Made by a program: the position numbers and the translations under genes. The notes under the pieces are model-generated. The model was given only the letters and a program-made list of their open reading frames with translations. It had not been told where the DNA came from and did no database searches. Positions 12,810 through 26,869 of a stretch of 64,000 nucleotides of DNA are shown piece by piece; position 1 is the first letter of the stretch; each line of letters begins with the position of its first letter. The DNA lies in assembly GCA_030264375.1 (NCBI GenBank), contig JASCQW010000146.1, positions 30,495,152 through 30,559,151 of the forward strand, read 5' to 3'. The DNA is from Carcharhinus longimanus. Taxonomy: Eukaryota.

Positions 12810-15800
12810 CTCCTCCCAATTAAAATATGTTCGAGAGAGGAAGAAAGAATGTAAGCAGGGCAAAAAACATCCATGGCTTTAACGAAGTTAAAAACAACGT
12901 AACGACAAAAACCAAGACATACCATACTGCAAAGATCAGTGGCATGCTGGATGATAGGGAAACTTTGAAAGATCAACAAAGGGTTACTAATAAAGAGAGC
13001 AAAGAATTATGAAATTCAGCAATTTATAATTTTATCAAATTATAAATTATTAAAGAAAACTAGCATAAACTGTGAAAAAGGATAGCAAAAGCTTCTATAA
13101 GTATATAAAAGGGAAGAGAGTCGCAAATGTGAATATTGATCCCTTGGAGGATGAGACTGGGGAGTTAATAGTTGGGAACACAGAAATGGCGGAGAAGCTA
13201 AATTAATATTTTGCCTCAGTTTTCACGGTGGAGGACACTAATACCATCCCAATAGTAACAGGTAATGCAGAGGGAATAGAAAGGGAGGAATTTAGAAAAA
13301 TCATCATCATTATAGTGGCAGTAGTGTAGGGAAAATAGTGTAGGGAAATGTATATGTGTAGGGAAATAGTGTTCAACGAACTATTGGAATGGAAGGCAGA
13401 CAATTCCCTAGGGCCTACATCCTGGGGTGTGAAAGGAAGTGGCAGTGGAGATAGTGGATCCAAAATACCCTGGATGCGGGAAAGGTTCCACTGGATTGGA
13501 AAAATGCTAATGTAATATCCTTATTCAAAAAGAGATGGAGGCAGAAAGTAGGAAACTATACGAGTTTGTTTTATAAATGTTAAGGGAAAATCATTTTGAC
13601 TAATTTGCTAGAATTCTTTGAAGGCGTATCAAACCAAATGGATAGTGGAGATCCTGTAGATGTCGTATATCTGGACTTCAGGAAAGCATTTGATAAGATG
13701 CCGCACAGAAGGTAAATACACAATACAAGATCACCTGGGTTAGGGGTAATTTATTTGCTTGGTTAGAAGACTAGCTAACTGACAGAAAACAGAGAGTCAG
13801 GATAAATGGGTCTTTTTCTGGTTGGTAGAAAGTAACTAGTGGGGTGCCAAAGGCCTCAACTATTTGCAATCAAAATATTAACAACTTGGACACAGGAATA
13901 GAAGGACCTATAGCAAAATTTGCAGGTGACACTAAAACAGGCGGGATAGTAAGTTGCAATAAGGAAATAAGAAATTAATAAATGGATAGGTTGGGTGAGT
14001 GGGCCAAAATATGGCAAATTGAGTTTAATGTGGATAAGTGTGAAGTTATCCATTTTGCTTGGAAAAATAGAACGCCAATTTATTGTCTAAATGGAGAGAT
14101 ACTTTGGGGTGCTTAGGTGCAGAGAGATCTGTGTCTCCTTGTGCATGAGTCACAAAAAACTGTATGCAGATACAACAGATAATAAGGAAAGCAAATGGAA
14201 TTTTGGCCTTTATAGCTGAAGGAACAGAGAATAAAAGTAAGGGAGTGTTTTCTACAACTATACAAGGCATTGATAAGACCACACGTGGTGTACTTTGTAC
14301 CGTTTTGGTCCCCTTATTTGAGAAAGGATATAGCAGCATTACAGGTAGTTCAGAGGAGGTTGACAGGATTGATTCCAGAGATGAGGGGTTTGACTTATAA
14401 AGAGAGATTGAACAGTTTAGGGCCTTGGTCTCAAAAGTTTAAAAGAATGGGAGCAAGTCTAATTTAGGTATGTAGATGATAAAAGAATTGATAAAGTACA
14501 TGTTGAATGGATGCTTCCTCTTATGCGGAAATCTAGGTCAACATAGAAAATAGGAGTAGGTCACTCAGCGCATCGAGCCTACACCACCATTCAATATGAT
14601 CATTATTGATCATGTATTTTCAATATCCCACTCCCTCTTTCTCTCCATATCCCTTGATCTCTTTAACCACAAAGGCCACATCCATCTCCCTCTTGAACAT
14701 GCCTAATGAACTGGCTTGAACAGCTTTCTGTGGTAGAGAATTTCACAGGTTAACAATTCTCTGAGTGAAGACGTTCTTCCTCATCTCAGTCCTGAATGGC
14801 TTACCCCTTATTCTTAGACTGTAATCCCGAGTTCTGCACTTACCCAAAATTGGGAACATTCTTTGTGCATCTAGCCTGTCCAGTCCCATTAAGATTTTAT
14901 ATGTTTCTATGAGGTCCCCTCTCATTCTTCTAGATTCCAGTGAGTGCAAGCCCAGTTAATCCAGTCTCTCTTCTTATATCAGTTTTGTCATTCCATGAAT
15001 CAGTCTGGTGAACCTTCGCTGGACTTTGTCAATAGCAAGCATGTCCCTGCTCAGACTAGGAGACCAAAACTGCACACAATACTGAAGGTGTGGCCTCACC
15101 AAGACCTTGTATATCTGCAGCAAGCCATCCAAACTCCTATACTCAAATCCTCTTGCTACGAAGGCCAGTATGCCATTAACTTTCTTCACCACCTGCTGTA
15201 ACTGCATGCCACCTTTCAGCGACTGTTCCACCATGACACCCAGTCATGTTGCACTTGCCCTTTTCCTAAACTGCCATTCAGATAAGAATCTTTCTTCCTA
15301 TTTTTGCCACCAAAGTGGATAACCTCACATTTATTCACATTATATTGCATTTGCCAAGTATTTTGCCTACTCAGCCAGCATGTCCAAGTCACTCTGCAGC
15401 CTCTTAGCATCCTTCTCACAGCACATACTGCCACCCAGCTTAGTGTCACCTATAAATTTGGAGATATTGCATTCACTTCCTTAGTCCAAATCATTAATGT
15501 ATATTGTGAATAGCTGGGATCTCAGCACTGAACCCAATATTATCCCACCAGTCACATTCTGAAAAGGACCCGTTTATTCCCACTCTCTGCTTCCTTGTCA
15601 GCCAACCAGTTCTCTATCCACATCAATACATTACCCCAATACCATGAGCATTAATTTTGCTCTCTAATCTCTTGTGTGGGATCTTGTCAAAAGCCTTTTG
15701 AAAGTCCAGATACACAAAATCCACTGGTTCACCCTTGTCCACTTTACTGGTCAAATCCTCAAAAAATTCCAGAAGATTTGTCTTTAGTGAACCCATGCTG

Positions 15801-16530
15801 ACTTGGACTGATCTGACACCGCTTTCCAAATGCTCAGTTATTACATCCTTAATAATTGACTCCAATATTTTCCCCACCACCGATGTCAGGCTAACTGGTT
15901 TATAATTCCCTATTTTCTCTCTCCCTCCTTTTTTAAAAACTGGGGCTACATTAGCTACCCTCCAGTCCATTGGAACTCTTCCAGTGTCTATAGAATGCTG
16001 GAAAATGATCACCAACGTATGCACTATTTCTAGGGCCACTACCTCCTTGAGTACTCTGAGATATAGAGCATGAAGCCCTGGGGACTTATCGGGTTTTAAT
16101 CCCAGCAATTTCCCCAATACAATTTCCTGAGTAATAAGGATTTCCTTCAGTTCCTCCTTCATGCTAGACCCTCTGTCCCCCCCGTATTTCTGGAAGGTTA
16201 TTTGGGTCCTCTTTCGTGAAGACAGATCCAAAGTATGCAAAGAGGTCATAGTTTCAGGATAAGGGATAGCAAATTTAAAACAGAGATGAAGAGAAACTAA
16301 TTATCCCAAAGGGTGATGAATCTGTGGAATTCACTATCACAGAGTGCAGTGGATTCCGGGACCTTGTGTTAATAGAAGGGGGAGATAGATTTTTAACTAG
16401 TAATGGGTTGAAGGGTTATGGAGAATGGGCGGGAAAGTGGAGTTGAGGCTGAGGCAAGATCAGCCATGATCATTTTGAATGGCTGAGTAGGCTCGAGGGG
16501 TTGAAGTGACTACTCCTGTTCTTGGTTCTT
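12810..16530 (+). mobile_element. Decayed CR1 LINE interrupted near its 3' end by an opposite-strand CR1
   Basis: ORF2 motifs (LTNLLEFFE, VYLDFRKAFD, KANGILAFI) at 12810-14540; 3' end resumes at about 16243 (AGAGGTCATAGTTTCAGG) and runs to the tail. Confidence 0.85.
14541..16240 (-). mobile_element. CR1 LINE (RT to 3' tail) nested in the previous element
   Basis: ORF 15623-16249: KSPG..., DWRVANVAPVFKKGGREKIGNYKPVSLTSVVGKILE, VYLDFQKAFDKIPH; C-terminal RRMRGDLIETYKI. Confidence 0.92.
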
Positions 16531-17296
16531 AAGCTACTTTACTCAGTTCTGTTCCACTAACACAATTGATATTAACGGTGTTGGGTTGTCCACTCTTTGA
16601 AACCTCTGGTCTTCGTACCAACTGTCTTCATCTTCACAATGTTGATCTTTGAACTTCAGCAGTCAAAATGCTGCAGTTTCATTTCAATGCCAAACTGGTA
16701 GATAGGAAAAAGTTGGAGCAAGTGCAACAGATCACTGTGCAGAGATATACCATCCATTCCAAACCACAAAAAGAAAATAGCCGTCAAAACCTATGCACTT
16801 TCACACACACAGCTGACACTGAGTGAAATACAGAGAGGATGATCACTTCATACATCCCTGCAGGCACTTAGGCAGAAAGTGGCACTGATTTTTGGTTACA
16901 GGCTGCTTGAGTTCATTGAGCTGCAGTGAATTGTGACTGATGTTTTCAATTGACTGTCCAGAAGGAAGTCTCTCTCCCTCTCACTAAATCTGTGATGGTA
17001 CAAAAAAAATCTTTTTTGGATTTAATTAGCTCACAAGGAGTGTTCCACCCACATCAACTGAAAACAAAAATTGCTGATTGGCAGAAGCACTTATTTAGTG
17101 ATGTAACAATTTACTGTTTGACTCCTGTGGTTTTACAAAGAACACAAAAAATAGTTAGGTTATCTGCATTGGTCAGTTGTGGTTTTGTGGACGAGTGATT
17201 CACCTCAAGACTTCTCAAAGCCATTCCATTACCAACAAGATTCAAGTTGGGTTTGTGATATTTTTGCCCAGATCAATGTGGTTCCTTAAACACAAA

Positions 17297-18054
17297 GGGG
17301 ACGATCTTCCTGGCTTGTGATTGCCGATTAGATCACGAGAGGTGCGGAAAATCGGGTTCATCTCTCGTGATCTTACTGGCACTGTAATTTAAATATTATA
17401 AGTGAGCCTGGGATACTATCATCCAGGCTCATTTGCATTAAAGGCCTCACTGGTGGAGGTAATCACCGGCGAGGATCGAGTATGGTCCCCATTGCCGGTG
17501 GGACTGGAGGCCATTGATGCCCATAGGTGAGGGACAGGGGAAGGCAGTGGCCCTAGGGCAGTGGCACCCCAACACTGTCAGTCTGGCACCCTGGCACTGC
17601 CAACCTGGTACTGCCTATCAGGCACCCTGGCACTGCCCATTTGGCACCAGGCAGTGCCAAGGGGAAGGGTGTGAAGGGGAGAGGGAGGGACATGAAGGGG
17701 GAAGGGCCCAAGGTGGGGAGGGCAGGGGGGAGCTGTGCACCCTGCAATTGGGAATGGGTGTGTGATATTCAAGGTGGTTGATATCTGGAGTGAGAAATTT
17801 CAAGTGTACTGTCTACATTTAAAAGTACATTGAGAGATTGATGCTTGCGCAATGGAGCCCTCTAGTGTGAGCAGCTGGCTTTCCGGTGAGAACACACTCC
17901 ATCCACTCCCTTTACTGGCGTGAATAACACTTTACTTCTTTTTTGGACTAATGGCCATAAGATTCCACCTGAGAGTTCGCTGAAAAATGGGTACAACTCT
18001 CTCCTGTTTTCACACTCGTTCAGCACTTTGAATTTTTTTGGTAAGGTCGTCCCC
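17297..18054. mobile_element. Harbinger-like MITE
   Basis: TIRs GGGGACGATCTT ... AAGGTCGTCCCC (11/12), flanked by AAA on both sides; internal CCCTGGCACTGCC short repeats. Confidence 0.7.
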
Positions 18055-18099
18055 AAAGGAAATTAAACACCATCCAGGTAAAACGGACCACATGATCAA

Positions 18100-20340
<2,241 letters not shown>

Positions 20341-20802
20341 ATGACACAGAGTGAGGCACTCAGAGCCTGTGATTTTTGGAGATAGGAAGAGGCAAACAGT
20401 CGCAAATATGTTTGTCAGCTGCATAGGCCCCTCGCATTGCCCGCACTGGTTAAGTCCCTTAACAATAATGCCTCTATTCCAAAATAGTACACACCTGCGC
20501 TGCCCCTCTTGTCCTCATCACTCCTCTGGTTCTCACTTCACTGCACTGCGTCCCTGGTGTGTAGCTGCCTTCTCACTGCTTTGCCACTGCCTTGCCTCCT
20601 CCTCACTGCTGCCTGTGTGCCAAGCCTCTGCCTCTCCTTGCCATCGATTCTCCTCATCACTGATGCCATCGCTGTCTCTCCTTGCCACTGCCATCTCTCC
20701 TTGCGACTGCTGCCACCACCTCTCCCTCCTGCCTTTAGATTTGTACCCAATATGACGTATCCACATCCTTTCCAGCAGACGACGCATCGACCCTTGCATT
20801 AC

Positions 20803-20926
20803 CTTGTCCAGCCTCTGCGCAGTCCACGGTGAAGTAGGTGGGCTCGAAGGCCTTCAGCCCGGTCTTGGCCACACCTGGACCATAAACTTTGACCTTCTGG
20901 GGATGACTGCCAGCTCCCACATTGAC
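20803..20926 (-). CDS. FLNA: Filamin A-like exon (124 bp), Ig/filamin repeat
   Basis: [42 protein letters not shown]; AG/GT splice sites intact. Confidence 0.85.
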
Positions 20927-21024
20927 CTAGGAGGGGGAAGAGAGAAAGAGCGTCCATGAGAGAGACAGAGAAAGGGCAAGGAGAATTGAACCGCGATGTC
21001 CGGGAGTTGGCGACAATGACTCAC

Positions 21025-21168
21025 CCTGAAGGGACTCTCTGGTATGTTGACCCCACCCCACGACACCATCACCGTGTGCTTGAGGGGTTTCTTGGGGGTG
21101 TACGAGCAGGAGTAGGTGCCATCTTTGTTGTCCTTCACACGCACGTCAATGGGTAGGCCTTCCGAATC
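21025..21168 (-). CDS. FLNA: Filamin A-like exon (144 bp)
   Basis: [48 protein letters not shown]; taag| acceptor and |gtgagt donor. Confidence 0.85.
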
Positions 21169-21290
21169 CTTAAAAAGTCAAAACATGAAGGGACACAGTT
21201 TCACCATTGGATTTGGAAAAAGGTGGAGCTGGGGATAAAAAAACAAGTTCACGCAAGGCCTCATTTTACCCCAAAGCAGCCCCGTTTTAC

Positions 21291-21404
21291 CTGACCGTAG
21301 ACCTTCAGCTGGGCTTTGCCAGCATTCTTGGCGTCCACGGTGAACTCGGCTGGTTTGTTGATGATCATTCCAGTACTCTGCAATCCTGGCCCGTAGGCCT
21401 TCAC
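21291..21404 (-). CDS. FLNA: Filamin A-like exon (114 bp)
   Basis: [38 protein letters not shown]; ctgcag| acceptor and |gtaaaa donor; splices in frame to the next two exons. Confidence 0.85.
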
Positions 21405-21617
21405 CTGCAGGGAGACACCAAAGAGAGTAAAGACCCCCCCCCATCCAATTAGAGACTTCCCTTCTTCCCCTCCCCCACCCCTTTTACATATTTGTGTTGT
21501 CAACTCCATTAGGAGCCAGGAGGGGGCCCCCTTGAGCCCACTCCGCCATCTGATCAGAAGGTTATCTCAACCCTACTTTCACACATAGCCTTTCAAGCCC
21601 TTGTTAATCTCTCTCTG

Positions 21618-21905
21618 CGGGCAGCAGCGGTTAGCACTGCTGCCTCTCAGCACCAGGGGCCCCGGGTTTGATTCCCTGCTTGGGTCACGGTCTTTGTGGA
21701 GTCTCCGTGGGTTTCCTCCGGGTGCTCCGGTTTCGCCCCACACCCCAAAGATGTGTGGTTAGGTGGATTGGCCTTGCTAAATTGCCTGTTAGTGTCCCAA
21801 GATGTGCAGGTTAAATCTGTGAGGTTACAGGGAGAGGGGCCAGGTGGGATTGTTGTTGGCGATGGGCCGAATAGCCTCCTTTTGCACCGTAGGATTCTAT
21901 AATAA
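21618..21905 (+). mobile_element. HE1-like SINE, little diverged
   Basis: GGTTAGCACTGCTGCCTCTCAGCACCAGGG head, GGTTTCCTCCGGGTGCTCCGGTTT core with CpGs retained, tail GATGGGCCGAATAGCCTCC...GATTCTAT. Confidence 0.9.
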
Positions 21906-22589
21906 TCCGGCCTTAAAGATTCCAAGACTCTGCTTCCTCCACCTTCTGAGGAAGAGGGTTCCAGAGACTCAGCCCCCTCATCTCCTTCTGCAATGGGTGA
22001 CCCCCTTATTTCTGAAAGGGTGACACCCCCCCCACCCCAGTTTTTTTTTTAAATTCTTTTGTGGGACATGGGCATCACTGGCTGGGCCTGGCATTTGTTG
22101 CCCATCCCTAGTTGCCTGGNNNNNNNNNNNNNNNNNNNNNNNNNNNNNNNNNNNNNNNNNNNNNNNNNNNNNNNNNNNNNNNNNNNNNNNNNNNNNNNNN
22201 NNNNNNNNNNNNNNNNNNNCTCTGCCTTTCAAAGGCTTCTTGCTGCCTATTCTCTGCGTCTGACTAGCTTGTCTCCTACCTCAGCTTTGATCTTCGCTTT
22301 GGCCATGGGCTTTTATTCCCAGCAATAGTGAGATCAAATAAATTAGGTGGGTCAATCAGAGCAAAGCCTCTCGGAGCACTGGTCGGCATATCAGCATCCA
22401 GTGCTCCAAAAGGTCTTGCTCTGATTAGCCTATTTGATTTCTCAAATTCTTTCTAAACTTTGCATGTTTGAACCAGCATTTGCTGGTCACTTGGCAGCTG
22501 CCATTTTTGTGGGCCCCTGGAGACCCTTCACAGACCCAGTTTGGGAAGACTGCAGTTTATCAATATATACTGTGGCATACTGTGCCTGC

Positions 22590-22935
22590 AGTGTGAATTA
22601 TCTACAGGATTGCACTGCAGAAAGTCACAGAGGTTTCTTCAGCAAAATCCCTCAAACCCAAGACTTCTACCACCCAGAAGACCATGGACAGCAGATGTTT
22701 AGGTACAACTCTTCCGAGTCACTCCCTTCCAAGTCTCACATCACTGTTCCTCCATTGTCACTGGGTGAAAATCCTGGACTTTCCCACTGAACAGCACCAT
22801 GGCAATAACTTAACACCATGTAGACCACAATTGTTTGAAAGAAGATTCATCTCCACTTTCTCAAGTGCAACTAGAGATAGGCAACAAATACTGACCAATG
22901 GCACCAATGTCTCAAAGAATGATTTTAAAAAATGG
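22590..22935 (+). mobile_element. Decayed 3' end of the second CR1-superclade LINE
   Basis: Similar to 5150-5478 and 38800-39165. Confidence 0.65.
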
Positions 22936-22944
22936 TAAGATTTT

Positions 22945-23310
22945 TAATTTGATTTGATTTATTACTGTCACATGTTATTAACATACAGTGAAAAGTATTG
23001 TTTCTTGTGTGCTATACATGCAAAACATAACTTTCATAGAGAAGGAAACAAGACAGTGCAGAATGTAGTGTCACAGTCATAGCTAGAGAGTAGAGAAAGA
23101 TCAGCTTAATACAAGGTAAGTCCATTCACAAGTCTGACAGCAGCAGAGAAGAAGCTATTCTTGAGTCAGTTGGCATGTGGCCTCAGACTTTTGTATCTTT
23201 TTCCCGAAGGAAGAAAGTGGAAGAGAGAATGACCGGGGTATGTGGGGTCCTTAATTATGCTGGCTGCTTTGCCGAGGCAGCAGATAATGTAGACAGTGTC
23301 AATGGATGGG
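22945..23310 (-). mobile_element. Rex1/Babar LINE 3' end
   Basis: CLGKAASIIKDPTYPGHSLFHFLPSGKRYKSL plus (AAATC)n tail. Confidence 0.85.
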
Positions 23311-23479
23311 GGGCTGGGAGGTGGACATAGGGCAGCTGCCAAAGTGGTCCTTTGGCTACAGCTGACTAGTACAGCAGTCAGCTTCCAGGCATGTGGTGAA
23401 AAGAGAATTTCTGGAGGGTGCATTGGGAAAGAAAGGGGTCTCCAGGGCAGGGGAGGCTGCAATTATCTTTGTGGAACCC

Positions 23480-23742
23480 ATAGAAACAAATACCTAGAAG
23501 GCAAATTTCTTTACACAGAGGGTGATGGGAGGTGGATACTTGGAACTCGCTGCAGGGGGAGGTACTGAGAGCAGGTACGATAGTGTCTTTTGAACAAATA
23601 CATGAAAAGAGACATCTGGACAAATACATGAATAGGATGGGAAGGTAGGGGGTTTTAGTTCAGTCGGGCAGCATGGTCGGTGCAGGTTTGGAGGGCCAAA
23701 GGGCCTGTTCCTGTGCTGTAATTTTCTTTGTTCTTTGTTCTA
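23480..23742 (+). mobile_element. CR1 LINE 3' end
   Basis: FFTQRV-like region, GGGCCAAAGGGCCTGTTCCTGTGCTGTA and TTCTTTG repeat tail. Confidence 0.8.
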
Positions 23743-24849
23743 ACCGTAACATGAACAGCTTTTTGGATGGTGGAGAGAAAGGAGGGTTAAAGAGTTCCAG
23801 AATTCCACTAGCCTTTTAAAATTATGTTCCCTTGCTTTGCATTTTCACTTGGAAAGGAAATAATTTTATTCCGGCAAGGTTTTCCCGTGGGCTTCGGGAT
23901 TCTGATCTTGAGACCAAATGGGACTGGCACGCCCGCACTTACTGGGAGTCAGAGTGGTGAAGCTATCTTCCTGGAGGCAGCCTTCTAATTGACCACCTCC
24001 ATACTTGCTGTCTTAACAAAGAAGGAAGGCAGGCTCCCAAAGCTGTCAGCCCAGTCAAGGAGCTTGACAACCTGGGCAGCCCCACCAGGAGAGGTGGGCA
24101 CTGCTGGTGCAGGTAAGGGAAAAGGAAGGTGCCTCAAGACCAGAGGTGTACAAATAATGAGAGGTTTCAGAGAGGGAAAAGCAGCAGGCTGCAGGATTGA
24201 AGGGGAAGTTCCTCCAATTGGATTGTGGGGGCAGTAGGGGATGNNNNNNNNNNNNNNNNNNNNNNNNNNNNNNNNNNNNNNNNNNNNNNNNNNNNNNNNN
24301 NNNNNNNNNNNNNNNNNNNNNNNNNNNNNNNNNNNNNNNNNNNTTGTTGGGGCAGTAGGGGATGCCTTTCCCACACATGGCTTCCTCTTTGGGGAATGCA
24401 GCCTCTGGCTCTGATTGCTCCCCAACTGTTTGCAGGGAGGTCATCACCATGGAGATGATGGCTTCATTAAAATGGCCAGGTGTTTCATTGAATTGGAAAA
24501 TGGATCTGTGGTATTTATGTGAAGAGAGCAGGATATTTATTTTCCAAAAGCCAGATAAATAAACTTAATTCAATGGGCAGCAATTTCTGCTCCAGAGACT
24601 AAATGCAGTGGCAGGTGGGATTAGTGGCAAATTTCCTTTCGATCAGTGAGTTCAGTTCTCATGTCAGATTTTCTGCTTGAAACCTCATTCATTATCCATT
24701 GGCAAGTTGCTTGTTGAATCATGGGGTGGGTCGTGCATTGTTTCGTCTGCCTACTGTCTCCTCATCAGGTTAAAGTTTCTGACATCATATTTAAATGGCA
24801 CTTGAACATACACACACATATATATTACTCTGTGCAGCCCAGCTGCAGG

Positions 24850-25492
24850 GTCAGAAGTTCTGGAGGTGGCCCCAAGCAACAAGAGCATGCCACAACTTCC
24901 TGGAGGCTTTAATTAGAGGTGTCTCTTCGTCCCAGCGATGGATCCAGCATGTCTATCAACCTCACCTCACTGACCTGGGAGGCAGTTGTGAAGGAGGTCA
25001 GCTCCCCAGATAACTACCAGAGAAATGCTATTCAGTGCAGGAAGAGGATGAACGATCTCATCCGCACTGCCAGGGTAAGTCAACCTTCAGCTCTCTTCAA
25101 CTTCACATCGTCAGAATGGCACTATGCATTCAGTGGCACACAGGTCAGGGTTTCACACAATATTAATGAGGGACGTGCTGGCATTGAAAGTCGATTCATC
25201 AGTATCATGCTGCACAATCAGCATTTAACTGGGGTATGGAGGGGGTGGGGGGTGTAGAGAGTGGTTCAACAGTAGAACCTCTGCACCATCGCTTCATATC
25301 CCATACTCTTTCATGCAGTCAAAGATTTCACACAAGAGGGAGAGTTCCCAGACTGGAGGAGGGATGGCAACATCCAGGAGCTCTCCAAATTCGAGGAGGA
25401 TGCTGTCAAGTCGGCAGAGAAGGACAGAGATCACTCCATGTAATGAAGGTGATATCGGCCTCTCCCAGCAAGGCAGTATGGATGAGCCCTCT
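24850..25492 (+). pseudogene. Harbinger Myb/SANT-like (trihelix) DNA-binding protein exons
   Basis: WEAVVKEVSS...RNAIQCRKRMNDLIRTAR|gtaagt (donor after 25074); next exon SKISHKRESSQTGGG. Confidence 0.8.
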
Positions 25493-25672
25493 GTGAGTTG
25501 ATCACATTCTGACATTCACAGTGAGTGACATGTAATGTTGTATTCAGGTCATTTATGAACTAAATCTATCTTCTCTCTCTTATAGGCAACAGCAGGTCCA
25601 GACTGACCAGCACATAAGCCCCAAGCCCCAGGCCACCTCAGAGGAAGATGATAAGGAGACAATTGAAGAAGA

Positions 25673-26240
25673 TTTTGATTTCATTTGATTTATTGTCACA
25701 TTTTTTAGTGTGCAGTGAAAAGTATTGTATCTTGCACGCTATACAGACAAAGCATACTGGAAAGAGAAGGAAAGGGGAAGATGCAGAATGTGGAATTATA
25801 ATCACAGTTAGGGTGTAGAAAAAGATCAACAATATAAGGTGGGTCCATTCAAAAGTCTGATGGCAGCAGGGAAGAAGCTATTCTTGAGTCGGTACTTGAC
25901 CTCAGACTTTTCTATCTTTTTCCTGAAGGAAGAAGGTGGAACACAGTATGTCCAGGGTGCATGGGATCCTNNNNNNNNNNAGCACGTGCTATACCAAACT
26001 TTAATACAACAAGAATGCTTTTATGATACATCTGTAAGGTTGGTGAGAGTCATAGCAGAAATTCCAAATTTCCTTAGTATCCTGAAAAAGTAGAGGTGTT
26101 GATGGGCTTTCTTAAATATAGTGTCAGTGTAGAAGGACTTGGACAGGTTTTTGATGATCTGGACACCTAGAAATTTTTTTACTTCACCCCTGTTGATGTA
26201 TACAGGATCATGTCCTCCACTACGATTCATGAAGTCACAA
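25673..26240 (-). mobile_element. Rex1/Babar LINE 3' part inserted in the Harbinger
   Basis: KFLGVQI...KKAHQHLYFFRILRKFG plus (AAATC)n tail. Confidence 0.85.
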
Positions 26241-26869
26241 CTTTTACCTCATTCTCCACCAGTGCAGAGACACATAGCCCAGTGTGTCATCAATCTAGCT
26301 TAGGTTTGGGGCGTCACATTCTGGGGAACACCTCATGTCTTCACAGCATGTGGATGCAGTTATAACCCAGGTCTCAGGCATTTGGAGGACTGCTGGAACA
26401 AATCAGACAATAAGCCTCTGGAAGTGACATCACAAACATGCAGGAGATGCAAAGACAGGCAGCAGAACATCAAAACAGAATCGTGAAAGGCAGTCAACAG
26501 ACTAGATTGAAGGATGGTGGAGTCCATCTGCGTTCTGTCTGATTTGTGGCTTCAACATGCAGGCACCTCAAGGTCTCCATGAGAAGGGTTACCACGCATC
26601 ATCAAATAGTTGTCCATCATCAAATAGTTGTCTTTATTATTTGTGCGAAAGCAGAAGACCTGCAGCCATGGCAGTCTCTCCAGCCATGTGCATACCTTGG
26701 TGGCAGCAAAAATGTCTCATTCAGGAGGCCATGACTGCTTCAACTCCAACTGATGCAGGCTTAGCGTTGATGTGCTGCCTTTCATTTCCCGGAATAGCTA
26801 TATACCGCTTAGGCTGCTGACTGTTCCAAAGGTTGGAGGTCAAGGACCAGTGCTGGCGTTGCTCTTAAT

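Noticed and set aside
16560-16790. Possible minus-strand terminal exon
   Set aside because: Short open frames with no recognisable motif.
20500-20735. Overlapping ORFs in CT-rich sequence
   Set aside because: Low-complexity sequence that lacks stops by composition.
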